The notes: a model not told the origin generated them from the letters alone. DNA of 32,000 nucleotides from Xylanibacter ruminicola 23 (GCF_000025925.1 NC_014033.1:1530001-1562000), one strand, 5' to 3'. Counted from the stretch's first letter, positions 1 to 7,683 are shown. Numbers and translations are program-made.

Positions 1-528
1 GCCATATATAAAGAAGGGGTTGAAGGTGGTTTTACCTGGGTGCTCGGCGATAGAGAGACCAACGGTACGAGGCAGCTTGTTAGAGTTACCCTCGATATAG
101 TTGTGGAAACCCTTCTTGGTGTCGAGCTGGGGGTTGAGCTGCTGCTGACGGGGTGCATCGAGCACATTGGGCGCCTTGTTAAGATGCTGGCGGGCGGGTA
201 CGGTCTCCAAGCTGGGACCCTCGCTCTCAACATCGGTAGTAACGTCGTGCCCCTTAGCAGTAGCGGCCTTAACCTCAACGATTCTGTAATTGAGTTTTAC
301 ATTTGTACCAAACACTCGCTCTAATACCTTACTTAATAATCCAACGTAGTACTGCTCCAAGAACTCGAATACGTATCGGCTTGGAACCTGCACCAGAACC
401 GAACGGTTCGCTTCGTCGAACGACTCGAACACGATTGGTGCAAACCACGTTTTGTACTGCTGCTCTGTAACGTTAGCCTGGATGAGACGAAGGCAGTTAG
501 CCCAGAGCGCCTGATGATTATTATTCAT
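1..528 (-). CDS. dnaA: Chromosomal replication initiator DnaA, N-terminal 176 codons (partial; continues past the window start)
   Basis: The minus-strand frame is open from the ATG (complement of 526-528) to base 1. It is missing from the ORF track only because it has no in-window stop. My translation is MNNNHQALWANCLRLIQANVTEQQYKTWFAPIVFESFDE...KKGFHNYIEGNSNKLPRTVGLSIAEHPGKTTFNPFFIYG. This matches DnaA domain I plus the F-x-x-Y-I-x-G-x-S-N ... NP-F-F-I-YG segment that directly precedes the DnaA Walker A motif. Confidence 0.9.
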   Translation of the reverse strand, partial: MNNNHQALWANCLRLIQANVTEQQYKTWFAPIVFESFDEANRSVLVQVPSRYVFEFLEQYYVGLLSKVLERVFGTNVKLNYRIVEVKAATAKGHDVTTDVESEGPSLETVPARQHLNKAPNVLDAPRQQQLNPQLDTKKGFHNYIEGNSNKLPRTVGLSIAEHPGKTTFNPFFIYG

Positions 529-611
529 TTGGCGAATGTTATATTTTTTAAATTTTTAATTGAACAATATACAAGACTTAGGCTTGTAGAGTTTATTGTT
601 GTTTCCGAGTG

Positions 612-643
612 CAAAGGTAAAATAAATTTTTGAAACTTGCAAA
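612..643 (-). promoter_or_regulatory. Bacteroidota-type promoter for dnaA (-33 TTTG, -7 TAnnTTTG)
   Basis: Read on the minus strand: TTTG (complement of 640-643), a 20-nt spacer, then TACCTTTG (complement of 612-619). This lies about 85 nt upstream of the dnaA ATG. Confidence 0.5.
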
Positions 644-800
644 TGTCCAATTTTTCTCAATGTGTGTACACAACTTGTAACTGCTTAAAAACGTGATAGT
701 TACGGTGTTTCACAGAAGTAGTACCAATTTTGCGCACTTGTAAACGCACCAAACCCTGAAAATCAGGCACTTACGCGTGTACGAACACACAAATAATAAT

Positions 801-830
801 GGCCAAGGTACAAAAAACGTACCTATGGCC
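801..830 (-). terminator. Hairpin terminator downstream of the MlaD-like gene (end of the 4188-to-859 minus-strand operon)
   Basis: GGCCAAGGTAC-aaaaaac-GTACCTATGGCC forms an 11-bp stem with one bulge. On the minus strand it is followed by ATTATTATTTGTGTG. It sits 29 nt past the stop at 859. Confidence 0.5.
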
Positions 831-858
831 AAAATTTGTTATTTAGACAAAATCTATT

Positions 859-1761
859 TTACTTGTCTTTCTTGCCGAAAACTGAGAAGTGAACATAGCG
901 TTTTGGATGTTGCTTTAGATCAAGCATCAGCGAGTCGGCATGCATCATGGTGCTGTTCAGGTTGTAATACAGACTGGGGTCGCGCATCAGCAGTCCGAGG
1001 GTACCCTCGCGGCTGTTCAGGGCGGCAGTCATCTGCTCTACATTCTTCAGCGTGGTATTAACGCTGGTCATAGTAGCAGCAAAATCCATGTTGCTGATAT
1101 CCTTGGTAATCTGGTTGGTGTTAGCCAGCACGCCATCGGCATTCTGCAGCATCTGGGGCATCTGACGGTTGAGCTGTGCTGTGAGCAGGCTCAGATCGTG
1201 CGAGGTGCGTGTCAGGTCAGCAGTAATCTGATCGACATTATGCAGCGAGTTGGCGATGGCAGGATCGGCCAACAGGGTATTTACGCTGGCCAGGATAGAG
1301 TCGAGCTTAGGCAGCATCTGCTGTACGGCTGGAATCATATCGGCAGCCTTACCCATAGCGCCTACCTGCTGACTGCCTGTGATGGTATCGCCAGGGGCCA
1401 CCATACCGTCGGCAGCATTACCCAGCACCAGCAGCACTTTTACATTGCCCATCAGGTCGGTAGCAATCTCGGCACGACTGCCCTTGGGCACACTCAGTTC
1501 GGTATCTACATCGATAGCAGCCACAATCTCGCCTGTGTTCTGATAGTCGAACATGATTTCCTCGACCACACCTACACGGTAGCCGTTGGCAAAGATAGGA
1601 CTGGCCACCGAGAGGCCGCTTACATCCTTGAACTTAACGTAATATTTGTTGTCGCCAGAAAACAGCGTCATTCCCTTTAGAAAGTGCAAACCAAAATAGA
1701 GCACCAACAGACCAGCAATGGCCACCAGGGCAATCTGAATTTCTTTCGAAAACTTTTTCAT
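859..1761 (-). CDS. MlaD/MCE-domain protein (membrane-anchored lipid-transport component)
   Basis: 300-aa ORF. It has an N-terminal membrane anchor (IALVAIAGLLVLYFGLHFL). An MCE-type domain follows (YYVKFKDVSGLSVASPIFANGYRVGVVEEI ... LSVPKGSRAEIATDLMGNVKV), then a long helical C-terminal region. Confidence 0.8.
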   Translation of the reverse strand: MKKFSKEIQIALVAIAGLLVLYFGLHFLKGMTLFSGDNKYYVKFKDVSGLSVASPIFANGYRVGVVEEIMFDYQNTGEIVAAIDVDTELSVPKGSRAEIATDLMGNVKVLLVLGNAADGMVAPGDTITGSQQVGAMGKAADMIPAVQQMLPKLDSILASVNTLLADPAIANSLHNVDQITADLTRTSHDLSLLTAQLNRQMPQMLQNADGVLANTNQITKDISNMDFAATMTSVNTTLKNVEQMTAALNSREGTLGLLMRDPSLYYNLNSTMMHADSLMLDLKQHPKRYVHFSVFGKKDK

Positions 1762-1778
1762 ATCTTATAGCTTATAAT

Positions 1779-3065
1779 TTATTTCTTTGATTTAAACTCG
1801 CGGATAGCCGCATTCACATCTACACGCTGACCGCCCTTGAAGGCAATGATAAACGCCTCGGGGATGGTGGCAGCCACCTGCTTGCGCAAGCGGTAGATCT
1901 CGTTGTAATCGGTTGATGCGCCAACGGTGTACTTGTACATACCGCCATCGCGATACGAATCAACATCGGTAAGACCCTTAAAGCGGGCATCGCCAGCCTT
2001 GAGCTTGCTGGAGCTTGAGAGTATCTGCACCTTAAACACAGGGGCATCGTTGCTGGCAGCTGCTGCAGCAGGCTTGGGCTCGGCCTTTGCAGGTACCTCT
2101 GCCTTTGCTACGGGCTTTGGCTCGTTAACCTGGCGCACCTCTACGGGTTCAACCCTGGCCTCGGCTACCTGCTCCTGTGGCTCCTCAACCTGCGCATCGG
2201 GCAGTGGGGCCAAACGGCGCTCTGGCTCAGCCTCTTCAATCTTCTTATAAGGGATGGTGATGTTACCACCATGACGCTTACGATAGTTCAGGAAGGCATT
2301 GAACATACCTGTGGCATACAGGGTTTCGGCACGGGCCGAGTTCATAAACTCCTCCTCGTCGCGGGTTGAGATAAAACCCAACTCCAGCAGCGCACCAGGC
2401 ATCGACGAGAGTCGCAGCACAGCCAGGTTGTCCTGCTGGGCACCCATATCCTGGCGGCCAGTGGCCTGGCACACGTAACGCTGCATGTACTTGGCCAGCT
2501 CAACGCTGTTCTCCATATTCTTATCCTGGATAAACTCAAACATGATATCGCTTTCGGGCGAGTTAGGATCGTAGCCATGATAGGTTTGCTGGTAGTCCTT
2601 CTCCATAAAGATAACCGAGTTCTCGCGCTTGGCCACCTCCAGGTTCTGCAGCACACCAGTCTGCTTGCCTGTACGCTTGCTGGAACCAAGGGTGTAGGTT
2701 TGGAAACCACGCGCCACCCTACCCTTTGGCAAGGCGTTGATGTGGACAGAGATAAACAAATCGGCCTTGGCCTGATTAGCTATCTCGGCACGACGGTACA
2801 ACTCTACAAACTTATCGGTTTTGCGGGTATAAACCACTTTTACGTCGGGACAGTTCTGCTCAACCATACGTCCGAAGGCCAGCGCAAACTTCAGCGTGAG
2901 GTTTTTCTCCTTAGAGACTGCACCCACGGCACCCGTATCGTGACCGCCATGACCGGCATCGATCACCAACGTAAAACTATTTTTACCAGCTGCCTGGGCT
3001 ATCATAGCCCCTCCCAGCAGCAACACACATAATATATATCTTAACCTAATCACGTTCCTAACCAA
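1779..3065 (-). CDS. N-acetylmuramoyl-L-alanine amidase (Amidase_3) with a C-terminal SPOR-like domain
   Basis: 428-aa ORF with a signal-peptide-like N-terminus. The catalytic region carries FTLVIDAGHGGHDTGA, DLFISVHINA and LELGFISTRDEE. A Pro/Glu/Lys/Ala-rich linker leads to a C-terminal VFKVQILSSSSKL...YKYTVGASTDYNEIYRLRKQV (SPOR-like). The track start is TTG at 3065 and a GTG lies four codons downstream. The first ATG would delete the signal peptide, so the exact start is uncertain. Confidence 0.85.
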   Translation of the reverse strand: MVRNVIRLRYILCVLLLGGAMIAQAAGKNSFTLVIDAGHGGHDTGAVGAVSKEKNLTLKFALAFGRMVEQNCPDVKVVYTRKTDKFVELYRRAEIANQAKADLFISVHINALPKGRVARGFQTYTLGSSKRTGKQTGVLQNLEVAKRENSVIFMEKDYQQTYHGYDPNSPESDIMFEFIQDKNMENSVELAKYMQRYVCQATGRQDMGAQQDNLAVLRLSSMPGALLELGFISTRDEEEFMNSARAETLYATGMFNAFLNYRKRHGGNITIPYKKIEEAEPERRLAPLPDAQVEEPQEQVAEARVEPVEVRQVNEPKPVAKAEVPAKAEPKPAAAAASNDAPVFKVQILSSSSKLKAGDARFKGLTDVDSYRDGGMYKYTVGASTDYNEIYRLRKQVAATIPEAFIIAFKGGQRVDVNAAIREFKSKK

Positions 3066-3076
3066 TCTTCAATTTT

Positions 3077-3118
3077 TTAATTTTTAATCTTTAATGTTTA
3101 ATCTTTAATGTTTAATGT
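3077..3118. repeat. Tandem heptad array, 6 x TTAATST (array A)
   Basis: Units: ttaattt ttaatct ttaatgt ttaatct ttaatgt ttaatgt. The array covers the folB stop codon (3105-3107) and its last four codons, and lies immediately upstream of the amidase start. Confidence 0.9.
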
Positions 3119-3470
3119 ACAATTCCACTCCTGCGCCTTTGCTATCGGCCCCCATCGGCGGATTCTTCTTGGTGATACGTAGATGGATGCTCGACACCTG
3201 CGGAAACTGCTGATGGATGGCCTTTACGATGCGACCTGCCACATGTTCGAGCAGCTTTGAGGGGATGTCCATCTGCTGTTTTACCAACTGGAACAGTTCG
3301 GCATAGTTCAGCGTGTCGGCCACATCGTCGGTTTCCATAGCCCCCTGGATGGGATAACCCACACGCAAGCTAACCAAAAACTCGCCTCCCACCTGTGTCT
3401 CCTGGGGCATCACCCCATGAAAGGCATAAAAGCGAACCTCGTCCAGATATATGTAACTTTCAATTATCAA
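3105..3470 (-). CDS. folB: Dihydroneopterin aldolase
   Basis: 121-aa ORF. IYLDEVRFYAFHGVMPQETQVGGEFLVSLRV ... NYAELFQLV is typical of FolB. No ATG exists upstream of the conserved N-terminus. The track start is TTG (complement of 3468-3470). Confidence 0.85.
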   Translation of the reverse strand: MIIESYIYLDEVRFYAFHGVMPQETQVGGEFLVSLRVGYPIQGAMETDDVADTLNYAELFQLVKQQMDIPSKLLEHVAGRIVKAIHQQFPQVSSIHLRITKKNPPMGADSKGAGVELYIKH

Positions 3471-3508
3471 TGTTTAATCTTTAATGTTTAATCTTTAATC
3501 TTTAATCC
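3460..3508. repeat. Tandem heptad array, 7 x T[CT]AATNN (array B)
   Basis: Units: tcaatta tcaatgt ttaatct ttaatgt ttaatct ttaatct ttaatcc. The array contains the folB TTG start (3468-3470) and the stop codon of the upstream gene (3502-3504). Confidence 0.9.
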
Positions 3509-4188
3509 TCCATCTGGAGTTCCTCCTCATCGTGGCAGCCAGGAGCGTACTTCTTCAGTGCGCGCTCAACACCTGTTTTCCAGGTATTGATACTCTCATC
3601 CTTGAGCGAGAGCGAAGCCACCAGCTTGATGACATGTTCGATAGGCATGCGATAACGCAGCACACCTGATATCAGTTTAGCGTAGTTCCAGTACTCGGGG
3701 TTAAACTTCTCAGAGAGGCCCTCGACGGTGGTTTTATAGCCACGACGGTTCTCGAACTGGAAATCGTAACGCTTGGTGCCATCGGGGTTAACCTGCTTAA
3801 TGATTTTACCCGTTGTAACGGTTTTGGGCAGCACAATGCCATCCTCGTCGTCGGCCAAGCCTGTAAATATCTCGTAAGGGTAGCCATTCAGCAAGCCTAC
3901 CAATGCCACCCATTTTTCGCGGTTATTCTGGAAACGTACCACGTCGCACTCCAACACCTCAGGACGCACCTCGGTTACCTCTGGTCGGGTGCCCAACAAG
4001 AAGATATCGAATGCCTGATTGGCCAACGTAAGCAGCAATTCGGCATCATCGGCCTTAACCGATTTGAGGCACTGGTTAAGGATGCTGGCCACACGCTCCT
4101 CGGACAGAGTAGCATCGCTGTGCTGACCTATGGCTGTGAGTTCGTGAGCAATACGCTCAACGAGTTCACTACGCAAGTTTTCTTCCAT
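3502..4188 (-). CDS. Hypothetical protein; residues ~70-228 resemble the C-terminal segment of adenosylcobalamin-dependent (class II) ribonucleotide reductase
   Basis: 228-aa ORF, first gene after a -7 box. The pattern RPEVLECDVVRF ... GYPYEIFTG ... NYAKLISGVLRYRMPIEHVIKLVASL ... SINTWKTGVERALKKY parallels, from memory, the class II RNR C-terminal pattern RPxxLxGxTxK ... PxE[VI]F ... LiSlaLRxGxP.e.ii.qL ... S.pDAia.aL. The catalytic N-terminal barrel and the C-terminal Cys pair are absent. The similarity was not verified by any search. Confidence 0.5.
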   Translation of the reverse strand: MEENLRSELVERIAHELTAIGQHSDATLSEERVASILNQCLKSVKADDAELLLTLANQAFDIFLLGTRPEVTEVRPEVLECDVVRFQNNREKWVALVGLLNGYPYEIFTGLADDEDGIVLPKTVTTGKIIKQVNPDGTKRYDFQFENRRGYKTTVEGLSEKFNPEYWNYAKLISGVLRYRMPIEHVIKLVASLSLKDESINTWKTGVERALKKYAPGCHDEEELQMED

Positions 4189-4207
4189 ATCAAACTATTT
4201 TTGCGTG

Positions 4208-4215
4208 CAAAGTTA
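4208..4215 (-). promoter_or_regulatory. -7 box (TAACTTTG on the minus strand) for the RNR-like/folB/amidase/MlaD operon
   Basis: The complement of caaagtta at 4208-4215 is TAACTTTG. It sits 20 nt upstream of the ATG at 4188. I saw no good -33 element. Confidence 0.45.
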
Positions 4216-4237
4216 GATAAATTTGCCGAATTATTTG

Positions 4238-4245
4238 TATTTTTG
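4238..4245 (+). promoter_or_regulatory. -7 box TATTTTTG for the nitroreductase gene
   Basis: TATTTTTG at 4238-4245 lies about 50 nt upstream of the ATG at 4295, divergent from the minus-strand promoter. Confidence 0.4.
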
Positions 4246-4294
4246 CAACCAAATAATACAAAAAAGAAGATTTTTATAAGCAAAATTAAGAGAT

Positions 4295-5059
4295 ATGAAA
4301 CATTTATTGACACGACGAACCATCAGAAAATACACCCAGGAGCCAGTAAGCGACGAGTTGCTGAACCGTCTGATGAACGAGGCTGCACGCACCCAGACCA
4401 TGGGAAACCTGCAGCTTTACAGCGTGGTGGTGACCCGAAGCGACGACATGAAAGCCAAGCTGGCACCTGCCCATTTCAACCAGCCCATGGTGAAACAGGC
4501 GCCTGTGGTGCTTACCATCTGTGCAGATTTTAACCGCACCAGTTTCTGGGCAAAATGTCGCAAGGCCGAGCCTGGTTACGACAACTTCCTGTCGTTTATC
4601 AATGCGGCTACCGATGCCTTACTCTACACACAGACGCTGTGCAACCTGATGGACGAGGAAGGCTTGGGCTACTGCTACCTGGGTACCACCGTGTATCAGC
4701 CCCAGCAGATTATCGACGTGCTGCAGTTGCCTAAGCTGGTAATGCCTGTGGCTACGCTTACCGTGGGTTGGCCTGATGAGGAACCCGCCCTGAGCGACCG
4801 ATTGCCACTTGAGAGTTTTGTGCATCAGGAGACATATCAGGATTATCTGGGTGCTGATATCGACACCTATTATAATTATAAGGAGAACCTGGAGGAGAAT
4901 AAGAACTTTGTTAAGATCAACAACAAAGAAACGCTGGCGCAGGTATTTACGGATATCCGCTACACCCGCAAGGACAACGAGGCGATGTCAACCACACTCC
5001 TCCAAACCTTAGAACGCCAAGGTTTCCTCCCCCACACTATCCTGCTGCAGAAAATTTAG
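4295..5059 (+). CDS. Nitroreductase-family NAD(P)H-dependent oxidoreductase (NfsA/FRP-like)
   Basis: 254-aa ORF with a nitroreductase-fold signature: LLTRRTIRKYTQEPVSDELLNRLMNEAARTQTMGNLQLYSVVV ... LAPAHFNQPMVKQAPVVLTICADFNR. Confidence 0.8.
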   Translation: MKHLLTRRTIRKYTQEPVSDELLNRLMNEAARTQTMGNLQLYSVVVTRSDDMKAKLAPAHFNQPMVKQAPVVLTICADFNRTSFWAKCRKAEPGYDNFLSFINAATDALLYTQTLCNLMDEEGLGYCYLGTTVYQPQQIIDVLQLPKLVMPVATLTVGWPDEEPALSDRLPLESFVHQETYQDYLGADIDTYYNYKENLEENKNFVKINNKETLAQVFTDIRYTRKDNEAMSTTLLQTLERQGFLPHTILLQKI

Positions 5060-5213
5060 GCACGGATTACACGGATTAACACGGATTTTTTTCCGTCCTC
5101 GCGATTTTAATTTTGGCACGGATTAACACGGCTTTAATAAATTAAAGACACGGCTTTAGCATTGTAAACTAAGCCGTGTCTTTTTTATAAAAAAGGCCGT
5201 GTTAATCCGTGCC
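5058..5213. repeat. Intergenic palindromic repeat, copy 1; likely bidirectional terminator
   Basis: 5061-5088 holds three tandem CACGGATTA(A) units followed by the small hairpin ACGGA-ttttttt-TCCGT. 5115-5213 is a nested palindrome. Its outer arms GGCACGGATTAACACGGC (5115-5132) and GCCGTGTTAATCCGTGCC (5196-5213) are a perfect 18-bp complement. The inner 13-bp stem is AAAGACACGGCTT (5144-5156) / AAGCCGTGTCTTT (5171-5183), followed by a T-run. The element sits between the convergent stops at 5059 and 5241. Confidence 0.8.
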
Positions 5214-5240
5214 TAAATATATAGCAAAAATTACAATCTC

Positions 5241-6695
5241 TTACTCGAGCACGATAGGCTTGTACTTTGGTACGAGTGCCTTCATGATGCACCAACCTAT
5301 CAGGTAGGCAACAGCACAGATACAGAATACTACCATGTAAGCAGCAGGCTTGCCTTCGAAGCCGAAGAACTGGAAGGCGGCACCCTGATTGGCTGCCCAG
5401 GTAAAGAACTCACCCGAACCCATGTTGATGGCCATTGAGCCGAAACCACCCGTCATAGTACCCAGACCAACGATGGTACCGATGGTGCTCTTGGGGAACA
5501 TGTCGCCGATGGTTGAGAACAGGTTGGCACTCCATGCCTGATGACCTGCACCCAGCAAACCAATCAGGATAGCTGGCCACCAAGCGCTATAAGCACCAAG
5601 AGGCTGAGCCAACAGACCTAATACTGGGAAACAAGCAAATATCAGCATGGCACGCATACGACCCAGATAAGGATTCATGCCCTTCTTATCAACAAAATAG
5701 GTTGGCAGATAACCACCACCGATACTGAGAACGGTTACAATGAGGTAGAGCGTAAAGATGAGCGCAATACCCATAGCCGAGTCGGAGGTATAGCCGTACT
5801 GGTCGCTGAAGTAAGCAGGTGCCCAGAACAGGAAGAACCACCAAACACCATCGGTCATGAGCTTACCTACGAGGAATGCCCAAGTCTGACGATAGGTAAA
5901 GCACTTGAGGAATGGGATAGCCTTCTCCTCCTTCACCTCGCCGCGATCCTTCACCTCTTCAAGGTCGTTGTCCTGCTCAATGTAGTTCAGCTCGGCCTGG
6001 TTCACAAACTTGTTGCTGCGTGGCTTCTCGTACAACCACATCCACAAGCCCATCCAAACATAACCCAGCACACCAATGATGACGAATGCCATCTCCCATC
6101 CCCAGGCACGGGCCAACAGGGGAATAGTGGCAGGGGCAGCCAGCGCACCTACCGATGCACCACTATTAAAGATAGAGGTAGAGAAAGCACGATCCTTCTT
6201 TGGGAAGTACTCGGCAGTGGCCTTGATGGCAGCGGGGAAGTTACCTGCCTCGCCCACAGCCAGAATCATACGACATGAGAGGAACAACCATACTGAGATG
6301 GTGGCAATGGCCACAGCGGCATCGCTACCAGCCTGCACCATGCGCAGCGCCTCGATGCTGTCGTAACCCTCGATATTCATAGCTACCCATCCGCAGCCTG
6401 CATGCATCACAGCACCTGTGCTCCATACAAAGATGGCGATGAGATAACCTTTTTTAGTTCCCATCCAATCGATGAACTTACCTGAGAACAGGTTGGCGAT
6501 GGCATAGAACAACGAGAACAAACCCGTAATCTTACCATAGTCGGCATCGGTCCAATGGAAATCAACAGCGATAAAATCCTTCCAAGTTAAAGAGAGAACC
6601 TGACGGTCCATATAGTTTACTGTGGTTGCCAGAAACAGCAGCGCACAGATAACCCAACGGAAGTTGGACATTTTTGTAGTCTGTACTGGTGTCAT
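5241..6695 (-). CDS. exuT: MFS hexuronate transporter (ExuT-like)
   Basis: 484-aa polytopic ORF. It aligns by eye with E. coli ExuT over FRWVICALLFLATTVNYMDRQ ... GKFIDWMGTKKGY ... LAVGEAGNFPAAIKATAEYFPKKDRAFSTSIFNSGASVGA ... WEMAFVIIGVLGYVWMGLWMWLYEKP. Its start lies 1 nt after the kduI stop. An alternative ATG is at 6671. Confidence 0.75.
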   Translation of the reverse strand: MTPVQTTKMSNFRWVICALLFLATTVNYMDRQVLSLTWKDFIAVDFHWTDADYGKITGLFSLFYAIANLFSGKFIDWMGTKKGYLIAIFVWSTGAVMHAGCGWVAMNIEGYDSIEALRMVQAGSDAAVAIATISVWLFLSCRMILAVGEAGNFPAAIKATAEYFPKKDRAFSTSIFNSGASVGALAAPATIPLLARAWGWEMAFVIIGVLGYVWMGLWMWLYEKPRSNKFVNQAELNYIEQDNDLEEVKDRGEVKEEKAIPFLKCFTYRQTWAFLVGKLMTDGVWWFFLFWAPAYFSDQYGYTSDSAMGIALIFTLYLIVTVLSIGGGYLPTYFVDKKGMNPYLGRMRAMLIFACFPVLGLLAQPLGAYSAWWPAILIGLLGAGHQAWSANLFSTIGDMFPKSTIGTIVGLGTMTGGFGSMAINMGSGEFFTWAANQGAAFQFFGFEGKPAAYMVVFCICAVAYLIGWCIMKALVPKYKPIVLE

Positions 6696-6696
6696 A

Positions 6697-7683
6697 TTAT
6701 CTCAAATCTTTAACCTCGATGTTATCTTTATCATTATAGTTCAAGTTCTCGCCAGCCATACCCCAGATAAAGGTATAGTAATAGGTGGCCGAAGCGCAAT
6801 GGATGCTCCACTCAGGGCTCATGATGGCCTGCTCGTTCTTGAGCCATACCACACGGGTCTCCTGGGGCTCGCCCATCACATGACTGATCTGATGACCCTC
6901 GGGCAGATTGAAATAGTAATAAGCCTCGATACGGCGACCATGGGTGTGAGGTGGCATGGTGTTCCATACGCTACCCTCCTGCAACTGGGTCAAACCCATC
7001 TGCAACTGGCAGGGGCCCTCCTCAAGGGCGGTATTTACAATCAGCTGGTTGATGGTGCGCAGATTACTCTCGGCCTTGCTGCCCAGAGGCTTCTCCTTGG
7101 TACCAACAATCACAGCCTTCAGGCTCTGTACCTTACCGTTCTTACGACCATCGAGTGTAACCCACTGTGTTTTATAGTGCTTGTGGGCTGTAGCCGAGTT
7201 AAGATAGAACTTAGCTGGATTGCTGGCATCCTTTGAACGGAAGATAACCTCCTTGTTGCAGTCGATATCGTTCCCCTTCTTATCCTTACCCAGCCAGCCG
7301 CGACCTACGTAAAGGGCCTCGCTATAGCCAAGCGGGTACTCCTGACCATCGACGATAACCACGCCAGGACCACCAGTATTGATGATACCCAGCTCGCGGT
7401 TGCGCATAAAATAATCGGCACGCAGCTGGGGATGGGTCTCAAGCTTCAGATTCTTGTTAACAGGCATAGCGCCTCCGTAGATAAAACGATCGTAGTACGA
7501 ATAAGTGAGGTTAATCTCATCGGGCGCCATCACCTTCTCCATCACAAAACGGTCGCGCAGGGTCTGCGTGTCGTAATGCTTCACGTCGGCGGGGTGACAA
7601 GCCGTCTGGAACGTCATGTTCTGCTGGCCAAAGGCCGTCATCAGATTTCCCATAAGCATCAAAGTAAAAATAGATTTCTTCAT
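6697..7683 (-). CDS. kduI: 5-dehydro-4-deoxy-D-glucuronate isomerase
   Basis: 328-aa ORF that matches E. coli KduI nearly end to end: [17 protein letters not shown]..., [73 protein letters not shown]...VKDLR. KduI homology begins at the internal Met (ATG at 7615-7617). The 22 codons before it read like a signal peptide. Confidence 0.9.
   Translation of the reverse strand: MKKSIFTLMLMGNLMTAFGQQNMTFQTACHPADVKHYDTQTLRDRFVMEKVMAPDEINLTYSYYDRFIYGGAMPVNKNLKLETHPQLRADYFMRNRELGIINTGGPGVVIVDGQEYPLGYSEALYVGRGWLGKDKKGNDIDCNKEVIFRSKDASNPAKFYLNSATAHKHYKTQWVTLDGRKNGKVQSLKAVIVGTKEKPLGSKAESNLRTINQLIVNTALEEGPCQLQMGLTQLQEGSVWNTMPPHTHGRRIEAYYYFNLPEGHQISHVMGEPQETRVVWLKNEQAIMSPEWSIHCASATYYYTFIWGMAGENLNYNDKDNIEVKDLR

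Noticed and set aside
643-696. A 17-codon Cys-containing mini-ORF (MSNFSQCVYTTCNCLKT) in the dnaA-upstream spacer, overlapping the TGTGTACACA palindrome.
   Set aside because: It has no convincing promoter box in front and no conservation evidence available. It is short enough to arise by chance in 330 bp.
940-1680. Long antisense ORFs opposite confidently assigned genes: this one opposite the MlaD-like gene, and likewise 6622-7236, 7726-8265, 9580-10344, 12027-12509, 15128-15634, 16743-17330, 25528-25965, 26479-27207, 28564-29106, 30060-30707, 30762-31352 and 31374-31877.
   Set aside because: Each lies wholly inside a gene on the other strand that has strong family motifs. Their translations are rich in His, Gln, Leu and Arg, as is typical of shadow frames. 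None has a -7 box in front.
2040-2260. A low-complexity, GC-rich stretch with several overlapping track ORFs (1820-2047, 1927-2250, 2278-2472, 2342-2710).
   Set aside because: It corresponds to the Pro/Glu/Lys/Ala-rich linker between the amidase and SPOR domains of the 428-aa protein. The extra ORFs are alternative-frame artefacts of that biased composition.
3077-3508. The possibility that the heptad arrays, or the CACGGATTA units at 5061-5088, are CRISPR arrays.
   Set aside because: The units are 7-10 bp and directly abutting, with no spacers, and there are no cas genes. These are simple tandem repeats.
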